NCBI RefSeq assembly: GCF_025526975.1
Contig: NW_026515698.1
Span: forward strand, 248,001 to 312,000
DNA: 64,000 nt
From: Fimicolochytrium jonesii
Taxonomy: Eukaryota
Direction: 5' to 3'
The position numbers and the translations under genes were made by a program. Position 1 is the stretch's first letter. Every line of letters begins with the position of its first letter. The notes beneath the pieces are model-generated. The model was not told the DNA's origin, ran no database searches, and worked only from the letters and a program-made list of their open reading frames with translations. Of this stretch, positions 12,857-26,432 are shown piece after piece.

Positions 12857-13861
12857 TTATACTTTCAACTTATCATGTTGCATCGAGCGGCGACGAATGG
12901 GGGTGCGATCTCGGTCGGCTTGCGCGGACTTGAGTTGCGCTTTCTCTAGCGCCAGCGCAAAGAGTCGGCGTAGTTGGGCTTTTGCGCTCGATTTTGGTTT
13001 GATGGGCTTGGTACCATCTGCGACGACGGTGGGGCGGGCGTCTTCCATTTCCTGAGTAAGGAGGGTCGTGCCGAACGCATGGTCGTCGTCCAGCGCGGCC
13101 AGCGAAGAGGTGAAATCGATCTCGCTGACCGGACAACTCCTCAGAAGCCCGCCGACGAGACTGTCGACGGGGTCAGCGCCGACGGCCAAGTCCTCAAGAT
13201 GGACATCGAAGTAGATCGCAAGGCCCTTTTTATCCGTCATCGTCTCGCCGACGTACTGCTCAAACAGCTTCGCCTGCCGCGGGGTCCTGGGGAACCCTTC
13301 GAGGACGATGCCGCCGCCGGAGCGGGTGGCCTCGCCGGTGATGACGAGCTTGCGGACGGCGCTTTGCAGGACGGCGACGACGAGGTCATCGGGGACGGGG
13401 AGGTTCTGGGCGACGTACTGCTCGAGCTGGCGGCCGAAAGAGGTGGATGCTGCGATGTGTTTGCGGAGGAGCTCCTCGGTGCAGATGCGGGAGGGTTTGT
13501 TGTTCATTGTGCGGGAGCGCATTTGGCGCTTCGTGCGGAGGTGTTGTGCGGTGAGGGGGTTGCGGGAGGACTTGCTGTTGCGGCTAGTTTTGCTGTCGAT
13601 GCTCTTGACGCTACTGTCGCTACCACTGGAAGAAATGCTGAGGGTGCTGGCGATGGTGGTGGAGGATTGTGTGCGGGTGTGAGTAGGTTGGTTGGCGATG
13701 AAGTGGCGGAGATGAGGACGAACGGCAGGAACGCTTTGTCGCCGCCCACCAGCGGCCCTTGACTTGGAAGGCACGGGGATCGAGGCCATATCCTGCGATG
13801 AGGATGAGGAGTCGGAACCCCGACGGGTAGTCTTAGCAAAGTGACGAGTCTGTACACGCAT
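12857..13861 (-). CDS. Divergent adenylate-kinase-like protein lacking the P-loop
   Basis: CTEELLRKHIAASTSFGRQLEQYV..VPDDLVVAVLQSAV and IVLEGFPRTPRQAKLFEQYVG resemble 8300-9439, but there is no GxxGxGK. Confidence 0.65.
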   Translation of the reverse strand: MRVQTRHFAKTTRRGSDSSSSSQDMASIPVPSKSRAAGGRRQSVPAVRPHLRHFIANQPTHTRTQSSTTIASTLSISSSGSDSSVKSIDSKTSRNSKSSRNPLTAQHLRTKRQMRSRTMNNKPSRICTEELLRKHIAASTSFGRQLEQYVAQNLPVPDDLVVAVLQSAVRKLVITGEATRSGGGIVLEGFPRTPRQAKLFEQYVGETMTDKKGLAIYFDVHLEDLAVGADPVDSLVGGLLRSCPVSEIDFTSSLAALDDDHAFGTTLLTQEMEDARPTVVADGTKPIKPKSSAKAQLRRLFALALEKAQLKSAQADRDRTPIRRRSMQHDKLKV

Positions 13862-15179
13862 GGCTGAGAGAAAGAGAGAGCGAGAATGCCGTGGAGGGAT
13901 CGATCGTTGGATTTCTCCGAAGACGCTCTGGAGTGCTTTGCGGATGCTCTTTTTCCAGGGAGGGTGTCCGCCCGCCCTCCATTTTTATCTCTCGCGGGCG
14001 AAAACTTACTCCCTTTTTCTGCCCCCCTTTTTGCTCACATTTCTCGAAGTCCCCCAAGCGGATTCCCGAGCGTGGGAGACAGAGCCCTTACTCTCCGCCT
14101 CTCCAAATTTCTCGGCGAGAGCGAGCCAGGGGCGGGTTCCATCTGGGTCTAGATTGATTAGCCCATGATTTAGACCGTGGCGGGCCGGGGCGCGCCTTAT
14201 GCTCTACCTTAAAACCCTGCAAGCTTTGGACAATCGCGCGACCGAGTTCCCCGGACCGTGTGGCAGCTGATCTTCTCTCCATCTCTTGCTAGCTCAGCCG
14301 TCGGAAGCGGACGGGTCGGCAAAAAGCTGTTGCCTAGTTACGGTGCCCGTTCGGAGATGCACGCTCCGGTCGTTATTCCATCTCGAATCTTCTCGCATGA
14401 GCCGGAGGAGATAAGTTTCTAACCCAAAGTCTTTAATGAGGAAGGGGGTGATTAGGAATGGACAGGGGACACTCCGATGGAGCTGCGGAGCTGTTCGGCT
14501 CCACTATCAGCGGCAAATCTCACCAGGCGACTCGATGGCTTGGCACGAGGAGACCGGCTGAACCGACCCTCAAACGTGCTCAAGCTTGCCTTGCAGACAG
14601 TCTTCGACCATTGCCGCAAAGAATAAAATCTCTTCATACTCGCCCCGCCCTGCCCACTCTTTCCAAGCGTCACCTGTGCTTATAGAACTCTCCGGAAAGA
14701 CCCAACTGGCGATATCAAATCAGAGAAAAATGTTGTCAAAATGGCTTACGGAGTTGGAGTCGCGCTGTCGAATTCTGTTTGTTCTCGTCGCGCAAAATCA
14801 AACGGTGAGCGAAACATGAAGGCGGGCCTAAGTGCAGCCTAGGCGTTTCCATTTCCCGGCACACAACTCAGCGGTTACCCTTTTCAAACAGAAAGGGAGT
14901 TAACAATAGGCTTCTTCACTGTCTTCTCTTTACAACAGCTACCATCCTCCCCATCCAAAAGGCCATCACAATCGACGCTCCCCAACCGCACATGTCGCCT
15001 GGCGAGAGCGAATCGGGTACGTCGAGTTCTAAAGGCCTAGACGAATCCCGGATACGGATCCTGCAGCTCGTAACAGACTTGCCCCTTTTCGCATTCATAT
15101 TCCGGTCCCAAAGCAGCAGTCATGTCCACATGGGAAGAGGAACTGGACAATCGATTATGTATTACGGAACGCCAATAAA

Positions 15180-15730
15180 CATGTATGCGTTCATGAATGC
15201 GCTGGGCTTTGGGCTGTGCGTTCATGCGCTGTATGCGTTCATGAATGCAGCAGCTTTCAGCATGCATTTTCTCGACCACTATCGCGGTCTGCGACGCAAG
15301 TCGAGATTCAAAAATCCGTTCGAGTTGACATCAAATGAACTTGCCGTTTGAGTTTCCGCCGGTCACACATTCACCTGTGATTCCGGAACCGGAAAGAACC
15401 ATTCGAAACAATACACATTTCGCCTAAAGAAATTATAAGCGTTCATGAATGCGATACTCCGGACTCCGATTTCCGGTCCTCAACTTGTCGGTCAACCTTC
15501 GTTCCGGAATCACCAGCTTTGAACAATACACATGTCGCCTAAAAAAGTATAAGCGTTCATGAATGCCATACTCCGGACTCCGATTTCCGCTCCTCAACTT
15601 GTCGGTCAACCTTAAAAAAGAAGTAGAGCACCACGTTCTCTTCTAACCCTACCATTACGGGACGCTAAAAAAATATCAGCATTCATCAATGTACTAGTCC
15701 CTGCAGGAGACCGCATTCATGTATGTATAT
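15180..15730. repeat. Repeat block: about 95-bp direct duplication plus recurrent near-palindromic GCGTTCATGAATGC motifs
   Basis: About 15407-15500 is nearly identical to about 15522-15613. The motif recurs near 15188, 15235, 15439 and 15553, with variants near 15679 and 15713. Confidence 0.75.
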
Positions 15731-15962
15731 ATATATATATCACATAGACCATCAGAAAAAGAAGTACAGAATGAAACAGAGGTACACAAATAAAGGGGTG
15801 AAGTTATGTACTGAAAGGATGGGAGACAGGGATTCTACTGTATACAGCGATGTACGGGTGTCCGCAGTGGTCGCAGTCCGGAAGTCGAGGTAGGAGGAAT
15901 GGGAGCGGAGTTGGGGGACGAGCCAGCGTCCTTTATGTTTCTGGTTTTCATGTCGAGGATCT

Positions 15963-16601
15963 CTAATGGCAGATCTTGAACGTGTTGCCGTTTCCACCCT
16001 GCAAGAAAGTAAGTAAGCGCCTCATCTACTAACCGCCCCACTCCCCACACGTCCCAGGCACTCACATGATAAACAACAGCACAAAGCACGCTACTCCCCC
16101 CACTCGGGTAATAGACCACGCGATACTTCCCGGGGCTGCCGCCGTTATACACGCCGCCCCTAATGATGGGAAACTCGTACGTGTTTCCGTTGTTGGATTG
16201 GGTCGCGCATTTGCCGGTGAGGAAGCCTTCGCGGTTGTCGTAGCCGTGCGGGTAGGGCTCGTAGCGGCGGGTGAGGGTTACGGTGGGGGAGGAGGTGGAG
16301 TCGGTGGTGGGGGCGGGGAACGGTTCGTTGGATTCGGAGTCGTTGAGGAGCCCGATGGGGTTGTTCTGGTACTTGTGGGCGGCTGTGAGGGCGGCATTGA
16401 TGTCTTTGGCTATAGGAATGAGGTTGATGAGATGGGGTGCGACATGGGACATTTCGATGCTGCCTGGTATATGGGAGCAGGGAACGTACTTTTGATGCTC
16501 ACGTTCCCACACGACTCGTCGCGGGCTACGATGTGGGCCGGTGCGGCGGAGATCAAGGTGGCGGATGCCGCGAGAGCCAGGGCAAGGTACGATGAAAGCA
16601 T
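15963..16601 (-). CDS. Secreted guanyl-specific ribonuclease, RNase T1/N1/U2 family, two introns
   Basis: Signal peptide MLSSYLALALAASATLISA. Catalytic motifs YPH, YEFP, YRVV and YH. Final exon GGNGNTFKICH*. Confidence 0.85.
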
Positions 16602-17369
16602 TGTGATGGGGTATTCGAAAGGGCGAGAAAGCGGAATGGTGGCAAAAGGTTTGGTGCATCTCGGCTAGCTTATATAACCCGGTCGGGTCGGAATTCGGGG
16701 ACAGGATTTCGTCGAAGGCCTTCAAATTCATCGAGAAAGCATTTCCCGAATGTGAGCCTCATGGTGCTTCGCAGGAGTTGACCGTTGCGCCGGATGGCAC
16801 GGGGATCAAGAATCATGTGTGTGGGAGGTGGGCAGATCATCTCGCACAAGCGAGGAAACGTTTCTGAGCAAAGCGAGTCGAATACTCTGTACATGTTACT
16901 GTATTTACACAATGGACGTCATGCTGTACATGGATGGTTTCGAGGACGTTATCGCTGGTCGGTGGAGCCCTGCAACGCAATCGCCGGTGCGAGTATGGAC
17001 ATGCTGGGTTCTGGACGGATTGACAGTCCCGTCAATCGGTGATCCCCCGCGGCCCGACTGATACACCCACTATCGGACAAAACGAGAGACACCGTTGATC
17101 AGATCAAGCAAGGGCGTCTGACGGGGGGATCCAGCATAATAAATACGAGACGGTGTCCCGAGGAACGTGTGTGTCCGACCGCGGACTTTCCTGTTGCAGG
17201 GGACGACTCACGCGACGGCGCCAAGCCACCCTGCGCCACGCTGCTTACGCCATCCGTCATGGCCCCACTGGCGAGTTCCATCCCAAAGTAAAGGCAAGGA
17301 ACGCAGCGAACCACAACAAACGACACACCCCCGCCCTCGGCACCCACCCCCCCACAAACAAAGCACAAC

Positions 17370-18709
17370 ATGATACGTCGTCAAACCCGCATGCGGAGGG
17401 AGTACCTCTACCGCAAGGCTCTCGAGACGAAAGATAGGCAGATATACGACCGCAAGCAGGCGCTCAAGGAGGCTGTGGAATGTGAGTTGGGACCGGAGAG
17501 AGGAGACAAGGCGTGGGAAAGGGAGGAGAAGAGGTAGAAAGAGAGGACGGGCGGTTGCGGCGGGTACTGTTGTGTGGTTGAGTTATTTGCTGAGGTGCAA
17601 AGAGGCCGGCAAGCCACGTCGCGGGGAAAACCTATGCCCGAAGTCGATGGTCCTGAAATGCGCTTCCTAACCTTTTGGCGTACTCCTTTTCTCAGCTGGA
17701 AAACCGATACCCGTAGAGCTCCGCAAAGAGGCAAACGCATTACGGAAAGATCTGCAATACGATGAAAACCAAAACTGTAAGTTTACGACCGTACGCTCCT
17801 TTCCTCACTCACGAAACCCGCTGCTAGAGCTCACACAAAACTCCATACGTAGTGCCGACATCCCACATCGACGATGAATACGCCCAAGCAGGCGTCGTAG
17901 ACGCAAAAGTCCTCATCACAACCTCGCGCGACCCATCGACCCGTCTCGCCATGTTTGCCAAAGAAATGCGCTTGATGCTGCCCAACGCCCAACGGATAAA
18001 CAGGGGAAACTACGTGCTGAAGGATATCGTGGAAGCGTGCCGGTCGAACGAGGCGACGGATCTGGTTATCTTGCATGAGCATCGTGGACAACCTGGTGCG
18101 TATTTTTGAAAACAATGTCCGCCCACTCTTTTCATTGAGACTAACTGCGGAGTCAGACGGCCTGGTAATTTCCCACTTCCCTTACGGCCCGACTGCCTAC
18201 TTCACCCTGCACAACGTGGTCCTACGACACGATATCCCCGACCGCGGCACCGTCTCCGAGCAATACCCACACCTGATCTTCGACGGCTTCAACAGCAAAC
18301 TGGGCGAACGGTGTCAGAATATCTTGAAATATCTGTTTCCGGTCCCGAAGGAGGACTCGAAACGGGTTATGACGTTTGCGAATAAGAGTGATTTTATCTC
18401 GTTTAGGTATGGCTTTGCTGCTTCGATGAAACTGCTTGTGAACGTGCCAAGAAACATATCTGCTGAATTTCTAGGCATCACGTGTATTACAAAGTCGGCA
18501 ACGAAGTGCAGTTGGCGGAAGTTGGACCACGCTTCGAAATGCGATGTGAGTAATCCCGATTCCCACTCTAGAGACGTCAACGCACACTGATCTTCAATCT
18601 CGGAACAGTATACGAAATCAAACTGGGCACAGTAGACGTGACGGAAGCGGATACCGAGTGGGTGTTTAGGCCGTATCAGCGCACGGCGAAGAAGCGCGAT
18701 TTCTTGTAG
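17370..18709 (+). CDS. IMP4: U3 snoRNP protein Imp4 (Brix domain)
   Basis: [64 protein letters not shown]. Confidence 0.95.
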
Positions 18710-19394
18710 AAGGGTTTTCATTCAGGGAGGGGGAACGGTTTGCTGCAAAGTCCGGGTAGGGCTCGGTACGGGCTGGAGGTTGGAAGGCGGGGCGGTTGAG
18801 TGTAAGTCTGGAAGGCAGACAGGACGCACACGTACGCTACGCAACACATCGGTCCGAAGAAACATCAGGTGGCCTTTCACCCCTCTCACCCGGATAACGG
18901 GCAACGTCCGCGGCGACTGCACCGTACTCGCCACATTTCACCGTACACCGTCACTGCACACCCGCTCTTGGATGGTTCTCCACGCACCCCATCGCACGCA
19001 TTGCACGAATCGCATCGCATCGCATAGCATTGTCCGCCATCTGTATATAGCCTACTTCCTTTATGTAGCCGATTTTTGCGTATAATTTATAGTGCTCCTT
19101 TTTGAATATCGAATAGACATGTCTCTCCTGTGGAGTTCAGTCGGAGGATGTTGCTGCGGGGGGTATGTTCTGCAAGTCCTGTGTGTGTTGGGTGCGTGGC
19201 AGTCCCGACAAACAACACGCGCGCCAAGACCACCCCTTCCAGACCCCTTCCCTTCGCACTTTTCTCACGGCTCAGAAAACCCTCACCACCACAAAACATC
19301 GACCAGAAAAGCAACCCTACAACAATCCAACAGCACACACCACACCACACCACTTCCCACCTCCCCGTCATTTGGCAAACGTAAATCCGCAACC

Positions 19395-20576
19395 ATGAAC
19401 CGCATCTTCGGCACATCCAAACCCCGCGCGCCCAAACCCACCATCGCAGACGCCATCAGCTCCGTAAGCGCCGCCCCCATTAAAATCCCCTCCTCCTTTC
19501 TCCCCCTGTTCTTCCGCTAACCCCTCTATGAATACCCCATAGACAGATGCAAGAGCAGATTCCGTCGAAGTCAAGATGCGCAAACTGGACGCGGAGCTTG
19601 TCAAGTACAAGGAGCAGATGAAGAAGATGCGGGAGGGGCCTGCGAAGGAGGCTGTCAAGCAGAAGGCGTTGAGAGTGTTGAAGCAGAAGAAATTGTGAGT
19701 GGTGTGTGGGGGGGAGGGAGAGGTGGTGGTGGGTGAGATAACGACGACGCTCGAAGGCGAGGGCGGAAGGCTTGAGTGTGGTCCACTCAGCCCGCTATCC
19801 TTGGGGGATAGCAGGATCGTCCTTTTCATCGACCATCGTACGCATCGTCTCACTGACGGGGCTGCTAACCCGTACGATCCCCCTGACACAGGTACGAAGG
19901 CCAACGCGACCAACTGGTCCAACAATCCTTCAACATGGAGCAAGGCACGATGGCGCTCGACAACCTCAAAAACACGCTCACGACCGTCGACGCGATGCAG
20001 CTCGCCAACAAGGAACTAAAGGGGCAGTACAAGAAGATCAACATCGACAAGATCGAGAAGATACAGGATGAGATGGAGGATCTGATGGAGCAGGCGAACG
20101 AGCTGCAGGAGACGATGGGGAGGGCTTATGGGTTGCCGGACGGGGTTGACGAGGATGATTTGGAGGCTGGTGGGTTGCGGGTTTGGAGAGGGGGCGTAGA
20201 CACGAGAGGGGATGATTGCTGATGGGGGTTGAATTTTCCACAGAGCTGGAAGCATTAGGAGACGACCTGCTGGAAGACGAGGCGGAACCGTCGTATCTGC
20301 AGGAGCCGACGTACGCAGCCGAGCTGCCTGCCGCGGGGACGTCTGAGCCTGCAACGGTGAGTTTTCCGTCCCAAATCACCTGAAATTCGTGATAGTTTAG
20401 GGAACTCATTTTTTCTGGGTGGCTTCGTAGGCTGTGCAGGTGGATGAATACGGTACGCACTCTCTCTCGTCGTCCCTTTCGTCGTCGGCTCCCCCGCTCA
20501 TGCCATTCTCCCCACCCCCGTGCTCGCGCATATAGGTCTTCCCGTAGCACCAACACCTGCGAAAATGAACGCATAA
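19395..20576 (+). CDS. VPS60: ESCRT-III Snf7-family protein Vps60/CHMP5
   Basis: [62 protein letters not shown]. Confidence 0.92.
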
Positions 20577-21196
20577 ACCACAATCGTCCGGCCAACACAC
20601 TTCTGCTCCCGCCCCGCTCTACTTCTCTATCCGAGCCCATTTTTATGAGGCATCGTAGTCACGCAAGCACTTCGGTGCTGTGCCATGCCCCATAGACGGA
20701 CGGGCAGGTGGACGGATGGTGGCGAAAATCGGGCAGAGTAGTCGGTAGTGCGCGGGCGGGGCATGGAATTCGGGTAAACGGGGGTGCAATTTTGGCAGGA
20801 ACGGATAGGGTAGGAATAGCGAGTGATTGAGAGTCGTAGCGCAAGGAGGGAGATCTTATTCGGGGAAGCGGGGTTTATTATGCGTACCGCGGGAAGTGTT
20901 GCGGCTGTGGCTTCTGAATATATCCATGCATGCCCCAGGTTTAGGGCCTTATGAAGCATCAAACGGGCTGTGGCGGACGGGCGATGTACAGTACAGTAGG
21001 TTTAGGCGTGGGATTCTCTTGTCGAGGTGGAATATATTTTCCCGTCACGGAATCTGGATTACAGCTTCGTTCTCCTTCTGACGGCTCTTTTTCACGCTAC
21101 ATACGCCTACGCCTGCCCTCTCACCTTCACCACTCCCCCCCCCCCCCCCCCCACCACCACCACCATGGCCCCTTCCTCTCCCCCCTTCGCCCCACA

Positions 21197-23224
21197 CTAA
21201 ACAAACCTCACAACAACACAAATACTAATCGGCAACGCCTCATCTGTAACCGTGATCTCCTCCCCATTCTCCACCAGCTCGCCCATCTGCTTCGTCAAAT
21301 TCGGACGCGTGGCTTGCTCGAGGGCGCGCGGGGCGGCCATGTAGAGGGAGGTGGTGGAGGTGCGGAGGGAAGGCTTTTTGAGTTGGCTGAAAATGATATC
21401 AATACGTGTGAATCGATGCCCATACCAGGCAGACACAGTGAAAGAGAAAGAAAAGCGAGGAAACGGCCAACACATACAAATCCTTCCTGTCCACCAACCG
21501 CTCAATAAACCCTTCAAGCGTCTCCATCTTATTGCAATCAACCTTGACCGTCGCGCCTCCACACACGGGACAATCGTCTTTGCGTTGCAGTTCGAATGTG
21601 TAGGTGTAGACGCCTTGATCGCCGACGTACATCATGTAGTTGTTCATGGCGGTCGCGCTGTTGGTGGCGATTTTGAAGGCTTCGGTTGCGCAAGAGGCTG
21701 GGTGGGGTAATGGAGGTGCGCAGTTGGCGTAAGATGGGAGTGGGAAAGGGAGGGTAGGTGGGTCAGCTTACCGGCAACGATGGCGTTCGTGGAGGCAATT
21801 GCCGGGATGATATTCTTGACGACGCCCTGTGTGAGGGAATAGGAGACGCCGGAGATGTTGAACTCGGTTGCGCGCGCTGTGGCTTTGTCGAGGACCCAGC
21901 GGATGTGTTCTGAGTCGTCGCCGTCCAGTTTTGTTTCTGAAAGAGAACAAAAGTTGATGATGGAGTTAGTGGGGCACAGGGCGCGGTGAGAAACACACTC
22001 GCACATGCGAAACGCACCTGGAAACACCTTGGGCCATTCAAGCACAGAAGCCCACTCGATGCAGTGTTCCGGCAACCTAGGCGTATTTGCGATCGTGCAC
22101 ATGGGGTATGTGGTGGGTTTGGTTTGCATGTCGAGGGAGCATTCGTAGCAGGCCGTCATGCGCGGGAGAATGATGCGGGATTGCCCTTTGAAACCTTAAT
22201 TTGGTAATACAATCTTTGTAAGTCGATAGAACGTGCTGAGTGGAGAATGGGGCCTCAACTACCCACCCTCGGTCCCGCCGTCAATGATAGGCTTAAACGT
22301 CTCCGGATCATCCTCATCATACATATTTGCAACCGTCGCATTGATCCACCGCCGCGCAACGACGGAATCCAAGCCACAGATAATGATCGTGAACTGGCTG
22401 TAATAGTCCTCGTCTTTATCTTGGATCTTGCCAAAGTATCTGGTGAGCATGGGGGGAGTCAGCATACACTTTTGTTCGTTGTTGTGGTGATGGGGTAAAA
22501 ACTCACGCTTACGGGGTGATCTTAACGCCTGGGACGCGCTTCATTACAAAGGCCGCAGCTACTTCGGCTTTGGGCTTTCCGACGTCTGATGCTCTGTTGT
22601 AAACCAAAACGTTAGACGTTGCCTTGCTCCGTGCGAATCGTTTCACCACTCCGACACTTCGCATTGCCTCTCGTTGCTTCGCTCGCAGAGGGCATTCTCA
22701 CGCGTCTCCCATCCTTCCGCTCCTCTTTCTCGCTAGCTCCTCCATCCCGATACCCACTCTGCCTTCCTCCCTCCGACCCCCTCGCAGTACCCACCGAAAC
22801 AAAAACTGCCGATTCAAATTCGACACATCAATCGTATCCATATCAATCACATGAATGTCCGTGAACCCCATCAACGCCAGATCCTTCAATAGTTCGCAGC
22901 CGAGCCCGCCGGCGCCGATGACGAGAATTTTGAGAGAGTGCAGGAATTCTTTTACCTGTAGAATGCAGTGAGACTTTGCAGGAGTGGGACTGGGGTGTGG
23001 GAAAGTGGTACTTACGGTTTCACCGGGCTCAAACCCTTCGTTCGCGAATGGGCCGGTGCGGTCGAGGTAGGTGTAGATGTCGCGCCATCGTCTGCCATCA
23101 GACGAGTGGAAGGAATGAGACGGACCCTTCTCTTAGAGATATGAAAGACGGGTTTGTAAGACACTTACTCCTCGGGAACCAGGATGGGTGCGCGGAGATC
23201 ACTTTGCACGGGCATGTTGGGCAT
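21197..23224 (-). CDS. UBA3: NEDD8-activating enzyme E1 catalytic subunit
   Basis: [37 protein letters not shown], catalytic [31 protein letters not shown]. Confidence 0.95.
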
Positions 23225-23504
23225 GCGGTGCAGCTTTCTTCTGGCGTCCTTCGGAAGCTATCTACTATATACACCGGCGGCTTCGATGGCTGACGATATG
23301 CGCTCGCTGGGGTGGCTTAAGGGTTGTGTGAAGCTGAGGACAGGAGTGGTGGGTGCTGTGGAAACTATTGCGATGCTGCTAGACGGACGTTGAAATTGGA
23401 CCGAGTGGGGAAACCGACGCAAACTCTCTATGGAGCTCTCTGCCCTCGCGCGTTTGGCCTTCTCGCCGGCTGTTGCCCTCTTTGCCCACCAAGTCTCACT
23501 ACCA

Positions 23505-24233
23505 ATGTCAGCCACCACAGCAACAAAGTCCGAAGTCCTGAGCGTCTTCCGGGGCATGCTGCGGGAAGTGTCCAAGCAGGTACCACCTTCTTTCCCCACT
23601 TTGACGGAATTCCTACCTCCATCCTTCATTACTGGCCCGTTAACACCCTTCCTCATTCTTAGTACACCCGGCGCAACAACAACAAACTATGGCATAACGA
23701 AGTGGTGACAAAGTTCCGGGCTGGCGCTGTGGAAAGAGATCCGAGCATTGTGGCAACGAATTTGGGGCATGCGAAGAACGTGTATGCTTTTATGAGGAGT
23801 AATAGGTCGCATAGGGTACGTCGAGGGAGAGTGGGCTGTTTTTGATCAGAGGGGCGAGCCATACGGTGGGAAGGGGATTGAGAGACAGCCAGTGGGGAGA
23901 GCGGCAAAGCCATCCCTCTGTTTCTCGGGAGGGGAAGAAGAGGAGGGGACAGCTCGCAGAGATTCCAGTACTATACTCAACTGGAATCAACCGCATACCT
24001 TCAAATAGGAAATGGTGGAACGCTACTGGCCAACATCCGGCCTGACAGAAGAAGAGAAACTCACACGGACAGCCAACACCGTCGGGCTGTCGCTACCGAA
24101 GATGTTTGGGGCTGGAGAGAGCTGGGCGGATTCAGGTGCCGCTGGTGGTGAGGCGGCGAAGGCGGCTGTGGATCCGGAACTGGCCCCAGAGGTTAAGGAA
24201 GCGTTGGATATCGTCAAGAATGCGCCGTCGTAG
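23505..24233 (+). CDS. FMC1: Mitochondrial ATP synthase assembly factor Fmc1-like (LYR family)
   Basis: VFRGMLREVSKQ, HREMVERYWP and TANTVGLSLPK; two introns. Confidence 0.7.
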
Positions 24234-24711
24234 TGGTAGCAACAGCAGACTATATATCGTAGTGGTGTTGCGGACGGAATGCAGCGGCAGAACGTGGAAA
24301 TAGATAGATTGTTAGGAAATACAGAAGCGGGATCCTTGATTAAAGAAGGCATTTCTTTGTTTTTAAGAAAGAATAGAAAAAATGTAATTAAACAGTTTTT
24401 CAGAGCGGCCTCTTGCGCACATATCCTACTACAATACGTGGGGTGGCCGTAGCCTGTGTGCAGAGGCCGTGGGGTTGCAAGGAGAGATGTCTATGTGGAA
24501 AAGGGCATGGCAAAACCGGGAAGAAAGAGAGGCGACGCGCCCGAGACTGTATGTACTGTATGTCGGCCATTCCGCACGTTCCGTCTTGCAATCCCTCTTG
24601 CATTCCTGCGGTGTTTCTTGCTGCGACAAAGGCGGCGAGGACGACCTTACATACAGTGTCGGCCAGCGCAGCAACCCATACCCTAACGCCATTCGCCAGT
24701 CGCTCGCCAGG

Positions 24712-26218
24712 ATGCCCATCCTGCCCGCCGCCCTCGGCATCCCCACGACCCCCACCTCCCCCCAAAACCAAACCGAAACCACCCCGCTCCTCCCCGCCTC
24801 CTCCCTCCCCGCCCCCCGCTCGCTCACCTCCCGCCTCTGGGAAGTAACCCACGACTTCCTCCCCCTCGCCTTCATCACCTTCGGCGGCCCCCCCGCACAC
24901 ATCGCCATCCTGCACGACCTCTTTGTCGCGAAAAAGAGATGGCTTACGGAAGCAATGTTTGCGGAACTCCTCGGGATCAGCTCCGCGCTGCCCGGGCCGG
25001 CGAGCACGCAGCTTGCGTATACGGTTGCGATGATTCGGGATGGGATTATCCCGGCGATACTCGCATTTTTGATATGGAGTGTGCCGGGGGGGATCGTGAT
25101 GGGGACGCTGGGCGCGGTTGTGGGGAGCTGGAGTGATGAGGATGGAGGAAGTGGGTTGCCGCTGTGGGTGAAATACGCAGAGAATGGATTGGCGTCGACT
25201 GCGGTGGCGTTGGTGGCGCTTGCTGCGTACAATCTGGCGAACAAACTCTGTGGGGATCATGTTACGAAGATTATATGCGTTGTTGCTGCTGGGGTGACGA
25301 TCAACTTTACTACTGTGCCTTGGGTTATCCCGGCGTTGATGGTTGCGGGAGGTCTGGTTTCGTACGCCGCGCATCTGCATGGACAATATACCCGGCGACA
25401 CGTCCATATCACCGACTCCACATCCGTCGCCATCCCAGCAGAAGAAGAGCCCGAGATCTCCTTCTCCCTCAGCTGGAAAGGCGGCATCGCAGTCCTGCTA
25501 GTCTGGCTATCGCTCTTCCTCGGCGCCATCCTGCTCCGCTCTCTGGTCGAAACGCGCTCGTGGCAGGTCCTGGGCACCTTCTACTATGTCGGGTCGATCA
25601 TCTTTGGAGGAGGGCCGGTGGTGATCCCGCTGCTTTACAACTATATCGTGACGCCTGGGTGGGCGAGCAGTAGCGATTTTTTGCTGGGGTTGGCTATCAT
25701 TAATGCAATGCCAGGTGAGTGTTTCCCTCATGCTGCATCCCACACCTTTCCTCATCGCTTGCTGAAACCTAATTCAAACCCCCCCAATGAATCCCCCAGG
25801 CCCCAACTTCAACTTCGCCGCCTATTGCGGCGCCCTCATCCTCCGCCCCTACGGCCTCCCCCTCTCCATCCTCGGCGCCCTCCTCGCCTGGCTCGGCATC
25901 TTCCTCCCCGGCCTGCTAATCAAAACCGGCGTCCTACCCCTTTGGCGCACGTACCGCGGCTTCCCCACCGCCCAAATCTTCTTTAGAGGCGCCAACGCCG
26001 CGGCTGTTGGGTTGGTTTTCACTGCGACCTATTTGTTGTGGGAAAAGGCGATCGCGGTCGGGAGTGAAGGTGCGGGATTGGGGGGGTACCCGGTTTATGT
26101 TGCTTGGGTGGGGTTGGTTTTTGTTGGGGTTGGGTTTTTGAAGGTGCCGGCGCCGGTGATGATTGCGGTGGGAGCCGTGGTGGGACTTGTGCCGTATTGG
26201 GCTGGGTGGGATTTGTGA
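24712..26218 (+). CDS. Chromate ion transporter, CHR/ChrA family, long-chain
   Basis: FITFGGPPAH, ALPGPAS, IIFGGGPVVIP and AMPGPNFNF duplicated motifs; one intron at about 25714-25799. Confidence 0.92.
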
Positions 26219-26432
26219 GTAGTTTTCCTCAGAACTGGATTTTGCTCGATGAACTCTGACATGATTTGTGTATACATGTATAATATACAGGCAGATGTGA
26301 ATTTTTACATAGATACACCAATACTTCACTCTCTTCTCTCTCTGATGGAGCGCCAATTGGAACACTGCGTTCGAACTCCGGCGGACATCCCGGATCTCGT
26401 GCAGAACATACGCCGCCATCTCACACCGCACC

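Noticed and set aside
12974..13762. 262-aa plus-strand ORF
   Set aside because: Antisense shadow of the AK-like gene, caused by GC-rich codon bias.
24400..25407. 335-aa minus-strand ORF
   Set aside because: Antisense shadow of the chromate transporter.
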